Shown here piece after piece: positions 37,914 through 46,395 of a stretch of 64,000 nt of DNA. Origin of the DNA: an uncultured virus (IMG/VR IMGVR_UViG_3300003962_000201) (lineage: Duplodnaviria; Heunggongvirae; Uroviricota; Caudoviricetes); the IMG/VR virus record IMGVR_UViG_3300003962_000201. One strand, given 5' to 3'. The position numbers and the translations under genes are program-made. The notes beneath the pieces are model-generated. The model searched no databases and was not told the DNA's origin. It worked only from the letters and a program-made list of their open reading frames with translations. Position 1 is the first letter of the stretch, and each line of letters begins with the position of its first letter.

Positions 37914-38911
37914 AAATTGCTTTCCATTCCTATCAATTAGATGGGAGAGGGTCTACAATCTGTCTTTACAAATACGCGAAATATAATCGGGAAATTCTCG
38001 GCAACGAAAGCGTAATCATTTCAACATCTTCTCGGCCAACCCCGACCCTGGACCGATTTACAAAAGAATTTCCAACTTTTCTTTACCCCGATGTTTGGGT
38101 TCCTGACCGGAAAAACGAAGCAATCAACAAATACCTCAAAGAACTCGTCAAAAGCGAAAAAATTGATTTTCTTTATGCGATTGTCGGCGGCGAAGACGAT
38201 GGGGTCTTTAACAGCCTGGGATGTCCTACAGGCGTCCATTGCATCTTCCGCATGGATGAGCCACACGGTTCGGTTTATGCTGGCGTATGCGAATACATCA
38301 GCAAGAAACACGGCGGCCTGCATCCTTGGGTTGACCACATTGTTGATTACCCAAAATGGGATAAAAACGATAATTTGAGAGCACAGTTGGGCATCCCTCA
38401 AAACGCTTTGGTTCTCGGCCGGCACGGAGGAGAGGACACCTTCTCTTTATCGTTCGTTTATGGCGCCGTTGAACAAGCGCTTCAGCGCCGAGATGACCTT
38501 TGGTTCGTTTTCTTGAATACCAAGAAGTTCATAAATCATCCGCGGGCAATCTTTCTTCCTTGGACGGGAAATCAAAATGAAATTTTGCGATTTGTCGCAA
38601 CTTGTGATGGAATGTTGCACGCTCGCTATGATGGCGAAATTTTCCCTTTGACTTGCGCAGAATTTTCAACACAAAACAAGCCCGTAATTTCTTGGGACCC
38701 ACTTTCTCCTCCTTCGCATTACGACACCGGTCACTTATCTATCCTTGGCGATAAAGTTTTAGGATACAAAGATGGAGCTGATTTATTAAATCTTTTATTA
38801 ACTCTTGACCGAAACTGGATTTTGAGCGAAGATTGGGATGTCTATAAAGATAATTTCTCTGCCGAGAAGGTCATGAAACAATTTAAGGAAGTTTTCCTGG
38901 AGAAAAAATGA
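37910..38911 (+). CDS. GT-B glycosyltransferase
   Basis: LRAQLGIP…GRHGG…CDGMLHARYDGEIF. Confidence 0.8.
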   Translation: MKIAFHSYQLDGRGSTICLYKYAKYNREILGNESVIISTSSRPTPTLDRFTKEFPTFLYPDVWVPDRKNEAINKYLKELVKSEKIDFLYAIVGGEDDGVFNSLGCPTGVHCIFRMDEPHGSVYAGVCEYISKKHGGLHPWVDHIVDYPKWDKNDNLRAQLGIPQNALVLGRHGGEDTFSLSFVYGAVEQALQRRDDLWFVFLNTKKFINHPRAIFLPWTGNQNEILRFVATCDGMLHARYDGEIFPLTCAEFSTQNKPVISWDPLSPPSHYDTGHLSILGDKVLGYKDGADLLNLLLTLDRNWILSEDWDVYKDNFSAEKVMKQFKEVFLEKK

Positions 38912-39525
38912 TTATGTTAGAACAAATTGAAGAAAAAGTTAAAAAGTCCAAAACTTTCCCAAAACAAAACTTTCCGGAACCTTGTGGAAGAAATGACTTT
39001 TATAGAGAAACGATAAAAAAATGTAAAAAAGAAGGTCTTTTTTTAGAATTTGGAGTTTTTCAAGGTGGAACAATAAATTTTATTTCAACTTTAATTGATG
39101 AAAACATTATTTATGGTTTTGATTCATTTGAGGGTTTGCCGGAGGATTGGTCTAACATTGTGGGAAAAGGTTATTTTAATCTAGAAGGAAAACTCCCAAG
39201 CGTTAATGAAAATGTTTCACTTATTAAAGGTTGGTTTAATGAAACCCTCCCAAATTTTTTAGCTGGAAACAAAGAAAATGTTTCTCTCCTTCACCTTGAT
39301 TGCGACCTCTATTCTTCTGTCTCTTATTGTCTTTCTCAATTAAAAGATAGAATTGTTCCAGGAACGGTCATAATTTTTGATGATTTTTTAAACTTTCCAA
39401 ATTATAAAGAGCATAGCATAAAAGCATTTTGCGAGTTTCTCAACGAAACATCTTTAAATTTTGAGCCAATAGGTTATGTTAAAGATGAAGAATTTTCAAG
39501 AGCATCTATAAGGATAATAAAATGA
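38908..39525 (+). CDS. TylF/MycF-like O-methyltransferase
   Basis: LEFGVFQG; GFDSFEGLPE; KGWFNETL; HLDCDLYSS. Confidence 0.9.
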   Translation: MIMLEQIEEKVKKSKTFPKQNFPEPCGRNDFYRETIKKCKKEGLFLEFGVFQGGTINFISTLIDENIIYGFDSFEGLPEDWSNIVGKGYFNLEGKLPSVNENVSLIKGWFNETLPNFLAGNKENVSLLHLDCDLYSSVSYCLSQLKDRIVPGTVIIFDDFLNFPNYKEHSIKAFCEFLNETSLNFEPIGYVKDEEFSRASIRIIK

Positions 39526-40148
39526 GAAAAGTTTTAACACACGGACCGGACATCTTGGAAGGACATTTGGGCGGGTGCTCAACCGGGGGAGACAACGGAA
39601 CCTATTATCCTTTAATGTGGTCTAAAATGATAGAAAACCTTGAAATCAAATCCGTTATTGATGTTGGTTGTGGTCGCGGATTTGCTTTGGAATTTTTCAA
39701 GGAAAAAGGATTGATTATTCAGGGAGTTGAAGGTTCAACCAAAGCGGTTAAACAGAGCCTTGTTCCGGAAAATGTCCTTCTTCACGATTACGAAAAAGGA
39801 AGTCCAGAAATAAAAGAAAAATTTGACCTTTGCTGGTGCTGTGAGTTTGTTGAGCATGTTGAAGAAAAATTTAGGGATAATTTTATTGAAACTTTCAAAA
39901 ACGCCAAGTATCTCGCAATAACTTTTGCTTATCCTGGACAAGGCGGGCATCACCACGTTAATGAAAATACGGAAGAATATTGGATAAACGCAATTGAAGC
40001 CCAAGGTTTTTCATACGACCAAAATTACACTCTGTATTTGAGAGATTTGGCGAAACAAGACGCCGAGGAACACAAAAAAAATAATTCTCCTTATTTTATT
40101 CCTCATTTTGTGTATAGAGGTTTATTTTTCACAAATGATAATTGCTAA
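39522..40148 (+). CDS. Class I SAM-dependent methyltransferase
   Basis: VIDVGCGRG; EFVEHV; GQGGHHHVNE. Confidence 0.9.
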   Translation: MRKVLTHGPDILEGHLGGCSTGGDNGTYYPLMWSKMIENLEIKSVIDVGCGRGFALEFFKEKGLIIQGVEGSTKAVKQSLVPENVLLHDYEKGSPEIKEKFDLCWCCEFVEHVEEKFRDNFIETFKNAKYLAITFAYPGQGGHHHVNENTEEYWINAIEAQGFSYDQNYTLYLRDLAKQDAEEHKKNNSPYFIPHFVYRGLFFTNDNC

Positions 40149-41097
40149 ATGTCCTTTGAGAATTTCTCTTGTCGGTGGTTCAACCGACCTTGAAGCATTT
40201 GTTCAACAAAATGGTTATGGTTCCGTCATAAGTTTTCCAAGCAACCTTTATTGTTACATAACGCTTCATCAAGATGTTCTCGGACAAAACCAAAAAGATA
40301 AAAAATTTATCATCAATTATCTTAAACGAGAGGAGGTTTCTTCAATACAAGAAATCAAAAATGATGTCGCAAGAGAATGCTTGCTGAATAACATTCAACC
40401 ACCTTTAACAATAGGTTTTACGAGCGATGTTTATTCAGCAAACTCCGGTCTAGCGGCTTCAACTTCATACACAATTGCTTTAATCGCAGCATTAAACAAA
40501 ATGAATGGAGTTCCAATTGACGAAAATAAAATTTGTGAAGAAGCAATTGAGATTGAAAGAAAATTTAATCCTTTAACTGGAAGGCAAGATGCTTTTGGTT
40601 GCGGAATTTCATCTTTCAAGAGAATAAATTTTTACCAAAAAGATAATTCATTTAAATTTTTAAATTCAAGAATTCTTGATTATTATTTGGATTTGTATCT
40701 TATAAACACCAACGTTAAAAGAGAAAGTACAAACATTTTATCAACAATAAATTTAGAAAAAACAAAAGGTCTTTTAAGTTATGTTGATGAAATGGATAAA
40801 GCAATAGAAACTGAAAATGTTGATTTGTTTTGCGACATAATCAATCAATCTTGGGAAATCAAAAAAACAACATCAAAAGAAATAATGCCAGAAGAATTAA
40901 ACGAATTGGATGAAAAAATAACCAAATTATTTAACTTTAAAGCAAGAAAATTGCTTGGCGCTGGCGGTGGTGGTTATTTTTTGGTTCTTCTTAAAAAAAG
41001 TTTTATGAATGATGAAATCATTAAATCGGCTTTTGGAAATGTTTCCATAAAGATAAATTATTCTCCTGAAAATAAATTAAAGGTGTTTGAAGCATGA
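40135..41097 (+). CDS. hddA: GHMP sugar kinase, HddA-like (heptose-7-phosphate kinase)
   Basis: PLRISLVGGSTD; SGLAAS; GRQD; KLLGAGGGGY. Confidence 0.8.
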   Translation: MIIAKCPLRISLVGGSTDLEAFVQQNGYGSVISFPSNLYCYITLHQDVLGQNQKDKKFIINYLKREEVSSIQEIKNDVARECLLNNIQPPLTIGFTSDVYSANSGLAASTSYTIALIAALNKMNGVPIDENKICEEAIEIERKFNPLTGRQDAFGCGISSFKRINFYQKDNSFKFLNSRILDYYLDLYLINTNVKRESTNILSTINLEKTKGLLSYVDEMDKAIETENVDLFCDIINQSWEIKKTTSKEIMPEELNELDEKITKLFNFKARKLLGAGGGGYFLVLLKKSFMNDEIIKSAFGNVSIKINYSPENKLKVFEA

Positions 41098-41594
41098 AAA
41101 TAAATGAATTACAGCAAGAATTATCCAAAATAACAGATTTACAATTAAAAAAACTTGATTGGTTGGTTCATAAATACGAGAAAGTTATTATTTTAGGAAA
41201 TGGTGGTTCTTCCGCTATTGCTGGACACATAAGTCAAGATTGGACCAAGAATTTGAAAAAGAATTGTTTAACATTTGAAGGTCATTCTAGATTAACTTGT
41301 TATGCGAATGATTACGGTTGGGAAAAGGCTTATGAACAATTTGTAAAAGAATTCGCAGACCAGCAAACCCTTGTTATTTTAATTTCCTCTTCGGGAGAAA
41401 GCAAGAATATTTTTAATTGCGCTTGTTATTGCGAGGTTTCTAACATTCCTTTTATAACTTTATCGGGGTTTGATAGAGATAATCTATTAACAAGAACATT
41501 CAGGAATACCTCTCTTCTTGACTTCCACGTGGATTCGAGAGATTATGGCGTTGTCGAACTGACACATGAAGCTTTTCTTCATTCGTTATGTTAA
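41094..41594 (+). CDS. gmhA: SIS-domain phosphoheptose isomerase
   Basis: GNGGSSAIAGH; TCYANDYG; ISSSGESKN; YGVVE..H. Confidence 0.85.
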   Translation: MKINELQQELSKITDLQLKKLDWLVHKYEKVIILGNGGSSAIAGHISQDWTKNLKKNCLTFEGHSRLTCYANDYGWEKAYEQFVKEFADQQTLVILISSSGESKNIFNCACYCEVSNIPFITLSGFDRDNLLTRTFRNTSLLDFHVDSRDYGVVELTHEAFLHSLC

Positions 41595-41824
41595 ATTATA
41601 GAAATTTAACTTTATTTTGGAGAATTCTCTTTTTTGAGACTTATAATAAATGGTTTAAAAAGTTCGCGATTTTGTCTATAGATAATAGCATAAATAATGA
41701 TTATTCCTATGATCAAATCATTTCGGTTGATTTTTATTTTAAAGATGACGGCCTTATGGGATCTTTTCCAAATCGTGAAACATTTTTCTCAAAATTATTA
41801 ATTCGTCTGTTTAAAACATTATGA
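41588..41824 (+). CDS. Microprotein, C-terminal-helix family (…FSKLLIRLFKTL)
   Basis: Overlaps gmhA; motif present. Confidence 0.75.
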   Translation: MLNYRNLTLFWRILFFETYNKWFKKFAILSIDNSINNDYSYDQIISVDFYFKDDGLMGSFPNRETFFSKLLIRLFKTL

Positions 41825-42024
41825 AAAGTTTATTTTATAATCACTATTATCACGTTTTAATGTATCCAGTTCTTAATAAATTTTTAAAAAAACATAAGAA
41901 ATTTGCGGGCCGATTAATGGCTATTGGTCTTTATTTTTGTAATTCTAACTTTTATGATAGTGTTGCTGATTTAAATTCTTTTCGTATTAATTTATCTTTA
42001 ATAAAAATTTTTAGGATGCTATGA
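41821..42024 (+). CDS. Microprotein, C-terminal-helix family (…INLSLIKIFRML)
   Basis: ATGA-coupled; motif present. Confidence 0.75.
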   Translation: MKSLFYNHYYHVLMYPVLNKFLKKHKKFAGRLMAIGLYFCNSNFYDSVADLNSFRINLSLIKIFRML

Positions 42025-42755
42025 AAAAACTAACATACATTTTCGACATTGACGGCACCATAATGTCCCAGACCACTCCTCGGGATTACCCATCTGCAAA
42101 GCCTTACGAAGACATGAGGGAACACATCAATTCTCTTTATGACGCAGGGCATAAAATAAAATTTTTCACTGCTCGTGGCTGCTCCTCCGGAAAAGACTGG
42201 ACGGAATTTACAAAAAAACAACTTGATGATTTTGGGTTCAAATACCACGAATTAATAATGAACAGAAAACCAGGCGGAGACATTTTTATTGATGACCTCG
42301 CCGTTAATGCGGTGGAATACCGAAAGAGGCTAAACCCTAATCGAGGCCTTCTCGCTGGGGCTTTTGATGTTATTCATCCGGGATACATAAGATTATTTAA
42401 AGATGCAAAAGAGAACGCTTGCGACCATTTGATAATCGCTCTTCAAACAGACCCGACACTTGACCGACCGGAAAAAATAAAACCCGCTCAATCTTGGGAG
42501 GATAGAAAAGAGATCTTGTCAGCAATAAAATTTGTTGATGAAGTTATTCCTTATTCAACCGAAGCATCTCTCTTGGAATTACTAAAAGAGATTAAACCAG
42601 ATGTTAGAATTATTGGAAGCGATTATGAAGGAAAGGAATTTACCGGAAGCAATTTAGGAATTCCAAATTATTTTCATAAAAGAAATCACAATTATTCTTC
42701 AACTTTGTATAAAAAAATGATACAACAATCATTAAATAAACAAAATGGAGAATAA
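42021..42755 (+). CDS. HAD phosphatase + cytidylyltransferase-family fusion
   Basis: FDIDGT…FTARG…KP..DIFIDD, then GAFDVIHPGY…GSDY…YSST. Confidence 0.85.
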   Translation: MKKLTYIFDIDGTIMSQTTPRDYPSAKPYEDMREHINSLYDAGHKIKFFTARGCSSGKDWTEFTKKQLDDFGFKYHELIMNRKPGGDIFIDDLAVNAVEYRKRLNPNRGLLAGAFDVIHPGYIRLFKDAKENACDHLIIALQTDPTLDRPEKIKPAQSWEDRKEILSAIKFVDEVIPYSTEASLLELLKEIKPDVRIIGSDYEGKEFTGSNLGIPNYFHKRNHNYSSTLYKKMIQQSLNKQNGE

Positions 42756-43668
42756 AATGGAAGAAAAACAAAAAATCCTTATTACTGGCGCACTCGGGTT
42801 CATCGGTTCGCATCTTGCGGATAAACTTGTCAATCTCGGTTATGAAGTCTTCGGCGTTGATAACATGATGTATGGAAAAAAAGAGAATGTTAATGAAAAA
42901 GTTAAGTACCTCATAACAGACAACGCAAATCTTCTTAATGAGGAGATCGTTTCCCAACTTTCCGGAGTTAAAACCATCTTTCATCTTGGTGCCCAAAGTC
43001 GCATTCAACCTTCTTTTGCTGACCCGCCAGGAACCGCTCATGCGAACGGGCTTGGAACCGCGGTTGTCTGCGAACTTGCCCGAACCCTGGGCGCCCGCGT
43101 CGTTTATGCCGGCTCTTCCACCGCAAATGATGATGTTAATCTTAATCCTTACGCATTTTGGAAAAAGGTTGGTGAAGGAACTTGCCAAATGTATTCCAAG
43201 GCGTTTGGAACATCGACGGTCATCGCGAGGTTTTACAACGTTTATGAAACATCCCGCAATCCTGACATCGGGCCCTACTCGCCCGTTATTGGCCTCTGGC
43301 AGCGTCTCTATCTCGCCGGAAAGCCGATAACCATAACAGGCCTCGGGGAGCAGAAGAGAGATTTTACGAGCGTCTATGACGTCGTGGATGGATTGATTTT
43401 ATTATCTCAAAAAGATTATTCAGGAGAGATTTTTCATTTTGGAACAGGAACCTCTTATTCCCTGCGAGAGGTTGCCGAGTGGTTCGGCGCCGGAGGCGCT
43501 CCTTTAGAGTTCATTCCTGCGCGCCCAGGCGAAGCCAAAGCAACCCTTGCGCAGGCCGATGAGACCTTGGAAAGGCTTGGGTGGAAGCCGGAAAGAAGTG
43601 TTAAAGATTATGTTGAGAAGTTTGTTAAAAATCATTCATTTGGGTCGAATGAGATTGACTTTGAGTAA
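42745..43668 (+). CDS. NAD-dependent sugar epimerase/dehydratase
   Basis: TGALGFIGS; PYAFWK YxxxK; RFYNVY; RDF. Confidence 0.9.
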   Translation: MENKMEEKQKILITGALGFIGSHLADKLVNLGYEVFGVDNMMYGKKENVNEKVKYLITDNANLLNEEIVSQLSGVKTIFHLGAQSRIQPSFADPPGTAHANGLGTAVVCELARTLGARVVYAGSSTANDDVNLNPYAFWKKVGEGTCQMYSKAFGTSTVIARFYNVYETSRNPDIGPYSPVIGLWQRLYLAGKPITITGLGEQKRDFTSVYDVVDGLILLSQKDYSGEIFHFGTGTSYSLREVAEWFGAGGAPLEFIPARPGEAKATLAQADETLERLGWKPERSVKDYVEKFVKNHSFGSNEIDFE

Positions 43669-43683
43669 TCCGGATGGTATTAT
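43655..43683 (+). promoter_or_regulatory. Sigma70-type promoter heading the microprotein array
   Basis: TTGACT-17-TATTAT with extended TG, 9 nt before GTG 43693. Confidence 0.7.
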
Positions 43684-43692
43684 TCTTTCATC

Positions 43693-43869
43693 GTGAAAAT
43701 TGGAAAAGTTGGTGATAATTGGCTTTATTATCAATTCTACATTCTTCCTTATTCGTCTTGTGATTGGATTTTTTTTGATGAAAGAGCACATTTTTTTATG
43801 CATAAAATGCAAGGATGTGGTAATCTTGAATTTTCTTTAAAATTCGTTAAATTATTTAAGGCATTATGA
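43693..43869 (+). CDS. Microprotein, C-terminal-helix family (…FSLKFVKLFKAL); 58 aa, not in ORF track
   Basis: Manual translation from GTG: MKIGKVGDNWLYYQFYILPY…. Confidence 0.7.
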   Translation: MKIGKVGDNWLYYQFYILPYSSCDWIFFDERAHFFMHKMQGCGNLEFSLKFVKLFKAL

Positions 43870-44072
43870 AATTCCATTTCTTTTATGATTCAACTTATGA
43901 TTTGTATGATTTCGCAGTCTATTCTTACAAAAAAAGAAGAAGATTTTATAACGCTTATGCTTTTAGCACTGGATTTAGAGGCGATTTTGATTCTTGCGAC
44001 TTGCAAAAAAAAATTCTTTATAAAAATTATAAACTTTCCAAAAAATCAATAAGGATTTTCAAATGCTTGTGA
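43866..44072 (+). CDS. Microprotein array member (…LSKKSIRIFKCL)
   Basis: Motif present; overlapping junctions. Confidence 0.78.
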   Translation: MKFHFFYDSTYDLYDFAVYSYKKRRRFYNAYAFSTGFRGDFDSCDLQKKILYKNYKLSKKSIRIFKCL

Positions 44073-44275
44073 AATTTTTATCCGGCGGGAAATATCAAAC
44101 TTCTTTTGAGTTTTCTATTTTTATGATTTATAAGGCACTTTTTGATGGTGATTGTGCAAGCATAGCTTATTTCTCAGAGGAGTATGAAAAAGAATTTGAG
44201 ATTATGTATTTTTATACCACCAACCCTCTCAAATCTTATGATGTGCGCATCTTAAAGGTTTTCAAATGCTTGTGA
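44063..44275 (+). CDS. Microprotein array member (MLVKF…YDVRILKVFKCL)
   Basis: Motif present; starts inside the repeat. Confidence 0.78.
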   Translation: MLVKFLSGGKYQTSFEFSIFMIYKALFDGDCASIAYFSEEYEKEFEIMYFYTTNPLKSYDVRILKVFKCL

Positions 44276-44481
44276 AATTTTTTGTTGATGCTAGTCTTCA
44301 CGAAGACGATTTTATGTTTGATTTTACAATCTTGCATTTTAAGTTGAGAAATTACATCGCAAATTGTTTCTCTGTGGAGCTTCACCCTTTTCCAGAGTAT
44401 ACAGGGTTTTATGAATCCAGTTATCCGGGATACTTAAAAAGTTATTGTCTTTCTAACATAAAGGTTTTCAAATGCGTTTAA
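44266..44481 (+). CDS. Microprotein array member (MLVKF…YCLSNIKVFKCV)
   Basis: Motif present; starts inside the repeat. Confidence 0.78.
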   Translation: MLVKFFVDASLHEDDFMFDFTILHFKLRNYIANCFSVELHPFPEYTGFYESSYPGYLKSYCLSNIKVFKCV

Positions 44482-44702
44482 AATTTATTGTTCTTAAAGA
44501 AGTTCCCAAAGAACATCTTATTGAATTCTCGATTTTTAGTCGGATTAGAAAAGGAATCTATCGTGAAGACAATTATTTTAGAAATCTTATAAGTATTGAC
44601 CCGACCGATTTTTATAGTATTGATTATTTTCTCTTTATTACAGGCCGGGCCGCAAGAGCTTATGATTTACTTTCATTGATGAGGATTTTCAAATGCTTGT
44701 GA
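44472..44702 (+). CDS. Microprotein array member (MRLKF…DLLSLMRIFKCL)
   Basis: Motif present; starts inside the repeat. Confidence 0.78.
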   Translation: MRLKFIVLKEVPKEHLIEFSIFSRIRKGIYREDNYFRNLISIDPTDFYSIDYFLFITGRAARAYDLLSLMRIFKCL

Positions 44703-44929
44703 AATTTCTTGTAATAAAAAATTTAGAAAACATAAAAAACGGTTTAACTTTTTATTTTGAATTTTGTGTTTTTAAATCGTTTAATAAGCACACAAGTTTT
44801 GATTTTATGAGTTTAAGGCTTCGCGGAGGCCCTTTCTCTGAAATTGTTATATTTTCACCCGATCCAGTTACGCTCAGTTTTTTCAGCAAATGCGATTTAT
44901 CATTAATAAGGATTTACAAATGTTTATGA
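44693..44929 (+). CDS. Microprotein array member (MLVKF…CDLSLIRIYKCL)
   Basis: Motif present; starts inside the repeat. Confidence 0.78.
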   Translation: MLVKFLVIKNLENIKNGLTFYFEFCVFKSFNKHTSFDFMSLRLRGGPFSEIVIFSPDPVTLSFFSKCDLSLIRIYKCL

Positions 44930-45867
44930 ATTACTCTTCAAATCAAATTTTAGTCACCGGCGGAGATGGAATGGTCGGGCACGCATTGAAAAAAATAATT
45001 CCAAACGCTTTTTTTGCTTCATCAAAACATTATGATTTAACTTACGAAAACGAGACATTAAAAATGTTTCGCGACGCAAAACCAAAGTTTGTTATTCATC
45101 TCGCCGCAAAAGTTGGAGGAGTTCTATCAAATTCTAAAAACCAAGCCAATTATTTTGAGGACAACATAAGAATTAATACAAATGTTTTAAGATACGCAAA
45201 AGAGTTTAAAGTTGAGAAGATGGTTTCCCTTTTATCAACTTGCATTTACCCTGAAAACGCCACATTCCCTTTAACTGAAGACCAAATTCACAATGGCCCT
45301 CCTCACCCGACCAATTATGGTTATGCTTACGCGAAGAGAATGCTCGAGGTTCAATCGCGAGCCTACCGAGAGCAACATGGATGCAACTTCATCTGCGCGG
45401 TTCCTAACAACCTTTTCGGCCCTAACGATAATTTTCATTCGGAGAACTCGCATGTTATTCCGGCAATTATTCGCAAATGCTTTGAGGCAAAAAAGAATAA
45501 TCAAATTCCGGAATTTTGGGGAACCGCAAGGCCAATAAGAGAATTTACCTATTCTTATGATGTCGCCAAGATTTTGCTTTTCCTTTTGGAAAGGTATAAC
45601 GACGCCGAACCGATAAACATCGGCAACAACGAGCAATTCTCTATTGAAGAAATTATTCAGGCGACCATGAAGTTTATGGAATTTGAGAAAATGTATTTTG
45701 CTCTGGATTCGTCAAAGCCGGACGGGATTTTCAAGAAGCCTTCAAGCAACCAGAAACTTCTTGACTTGGGGTGGAAAAAGTGGGATTATACCCCATTATC
45801 ATTTGGGTTGTACGAAACAATAATGTGGTTTGAGAAAAATTATCCAAAAGTGCGAGGTTTATCATGA
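44920..45867 (+). CDS. fcl: GDP-L-fucose synthase
   Basis: TGGDGMVG; HLAAKVGG; LSTCIYP; YAYAKR; PNNLFGPNDNF; SHVIPA. Confidence 0.92.
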   Translation: MFMNYSSNQILVTGGDGMVGHALKKIIPNAFFASSKHYDLTYENETLKMFRDAKPKFVIHLAAKVGGVLSNSKNQANYFEDNIRINTNVLRYAKEFKVEKMVSLLSTCIYPENATFPLTEDQIHNGPPHPTNYGYAYAKRMLEVQSRAYREQHGCNFICAVPNNLFGPNDNFHSENSHVIPAIIRKCFEAKKNNQIPEFWGTARPIREFTYSYDVAKILLFLLERYNDAEPINIGNNEQFSIEEIIQATMKFMEFEKMYFALDSSKPDGIFKKPSSNQKLLDLGWKKWDYTPLSFGLYETIMWFEKNYPKVRGLS

Positions 45868-46391
45868 AAAATTGTTTAGAAAATTTAAAAAACAAAAAAA
45901 TTAAAGTTCTTTCGGCGAATGCTAATGGGACTATGACCATTCAAATCGTTGAGCAGAGCGATAAAAAACAAAACATTAAAGATGCTCTTAAATCACTTGA
46001 AGGTGAAAAAAGAGAGATTTTATCTCTTATAAAATACCAAGAACAAAATAAAAATTATTTGATAAAAGATAGCAAAGAGCAAGAGAAATACCATAAAGGT
46101 GAGCTTTTGGGCATCATAGAGCTCTGCGAGGAAGATCTAAAAGTAGTAAAAATAAATGCCGAAGAAGAGATTAAGCTCATCAAAAAGAGACTAAAAAACG
46201 AGAACTTTATGATCAAGAAGCGATTGAAAGAGACCAAACAAGAATTAAGTTCGGTTCCAAAAATTACCGCCGAAGAACTTCAAAAGAGTTTAAAATTGAA
46301 TGATAAAAAGATTGCGAAATTAAAGAAAGATTTACAAAAAACTTTATCAAAGATTGAACAAACTCAAGAAAAACTCAAAAAAATGAAATAG
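45864..46391 (+). CDS. Coiled-coil hypothetical protein
   Basis: K/E/L-rich ORF. Confidence 0.7.
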   Translation: MKNCLENLKNKKIKVLSANANGTMTIQIVEQSDKKQNIKDALKSLEGEKREILSLIKYQEQNKNYLIKDSKEQEKYHKGELLGIIELCEEDLKVVKINAEEEIKLIKKRLKNENFMIKKRLKETKQELSSVPKITAEELQKSLKLNDKKIAKLKKDLQKTLSKIEQTQEKLKKMK

Positions 46392-46395
46392 ATTT

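Larger units (their letters stand above)
44056..44934 (+). repeat. Five copies of a 22-nt junction repeat spaced 203-227 nt apart
   Basis: ttttcaaatgcttgtgaaattt exact at 44056, 44259 and 44686; variants at 44465 and 44913. Confidence 0.9.

Noticed and set aside
41070..41097. C-termini of large enzymes resembling the microprotein tail (HddA LKVFEA, GT47 LKEVLKL)
   Set aside because: They lack the full F-K-x-L-stop register and N-cap; likely RBS/overlap by-products, though they show that part of the motif can arise from nucleotide constraints
43866..44929. Stop-codon reassignment joining the short ORFs into one protein
   Set aside because: Consecutive ORFs are in different frames; TGA, TAA and TAG all terminate well-recognised full-length genes; no suppressor tRNA seen
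44056..44934. Regularly spaced 22-nt repeats as a CRISPR array
   Set aside because: Spacers are ~180-205 nt and are open reading frames; the repeats contain start and stop codons; no cas operon
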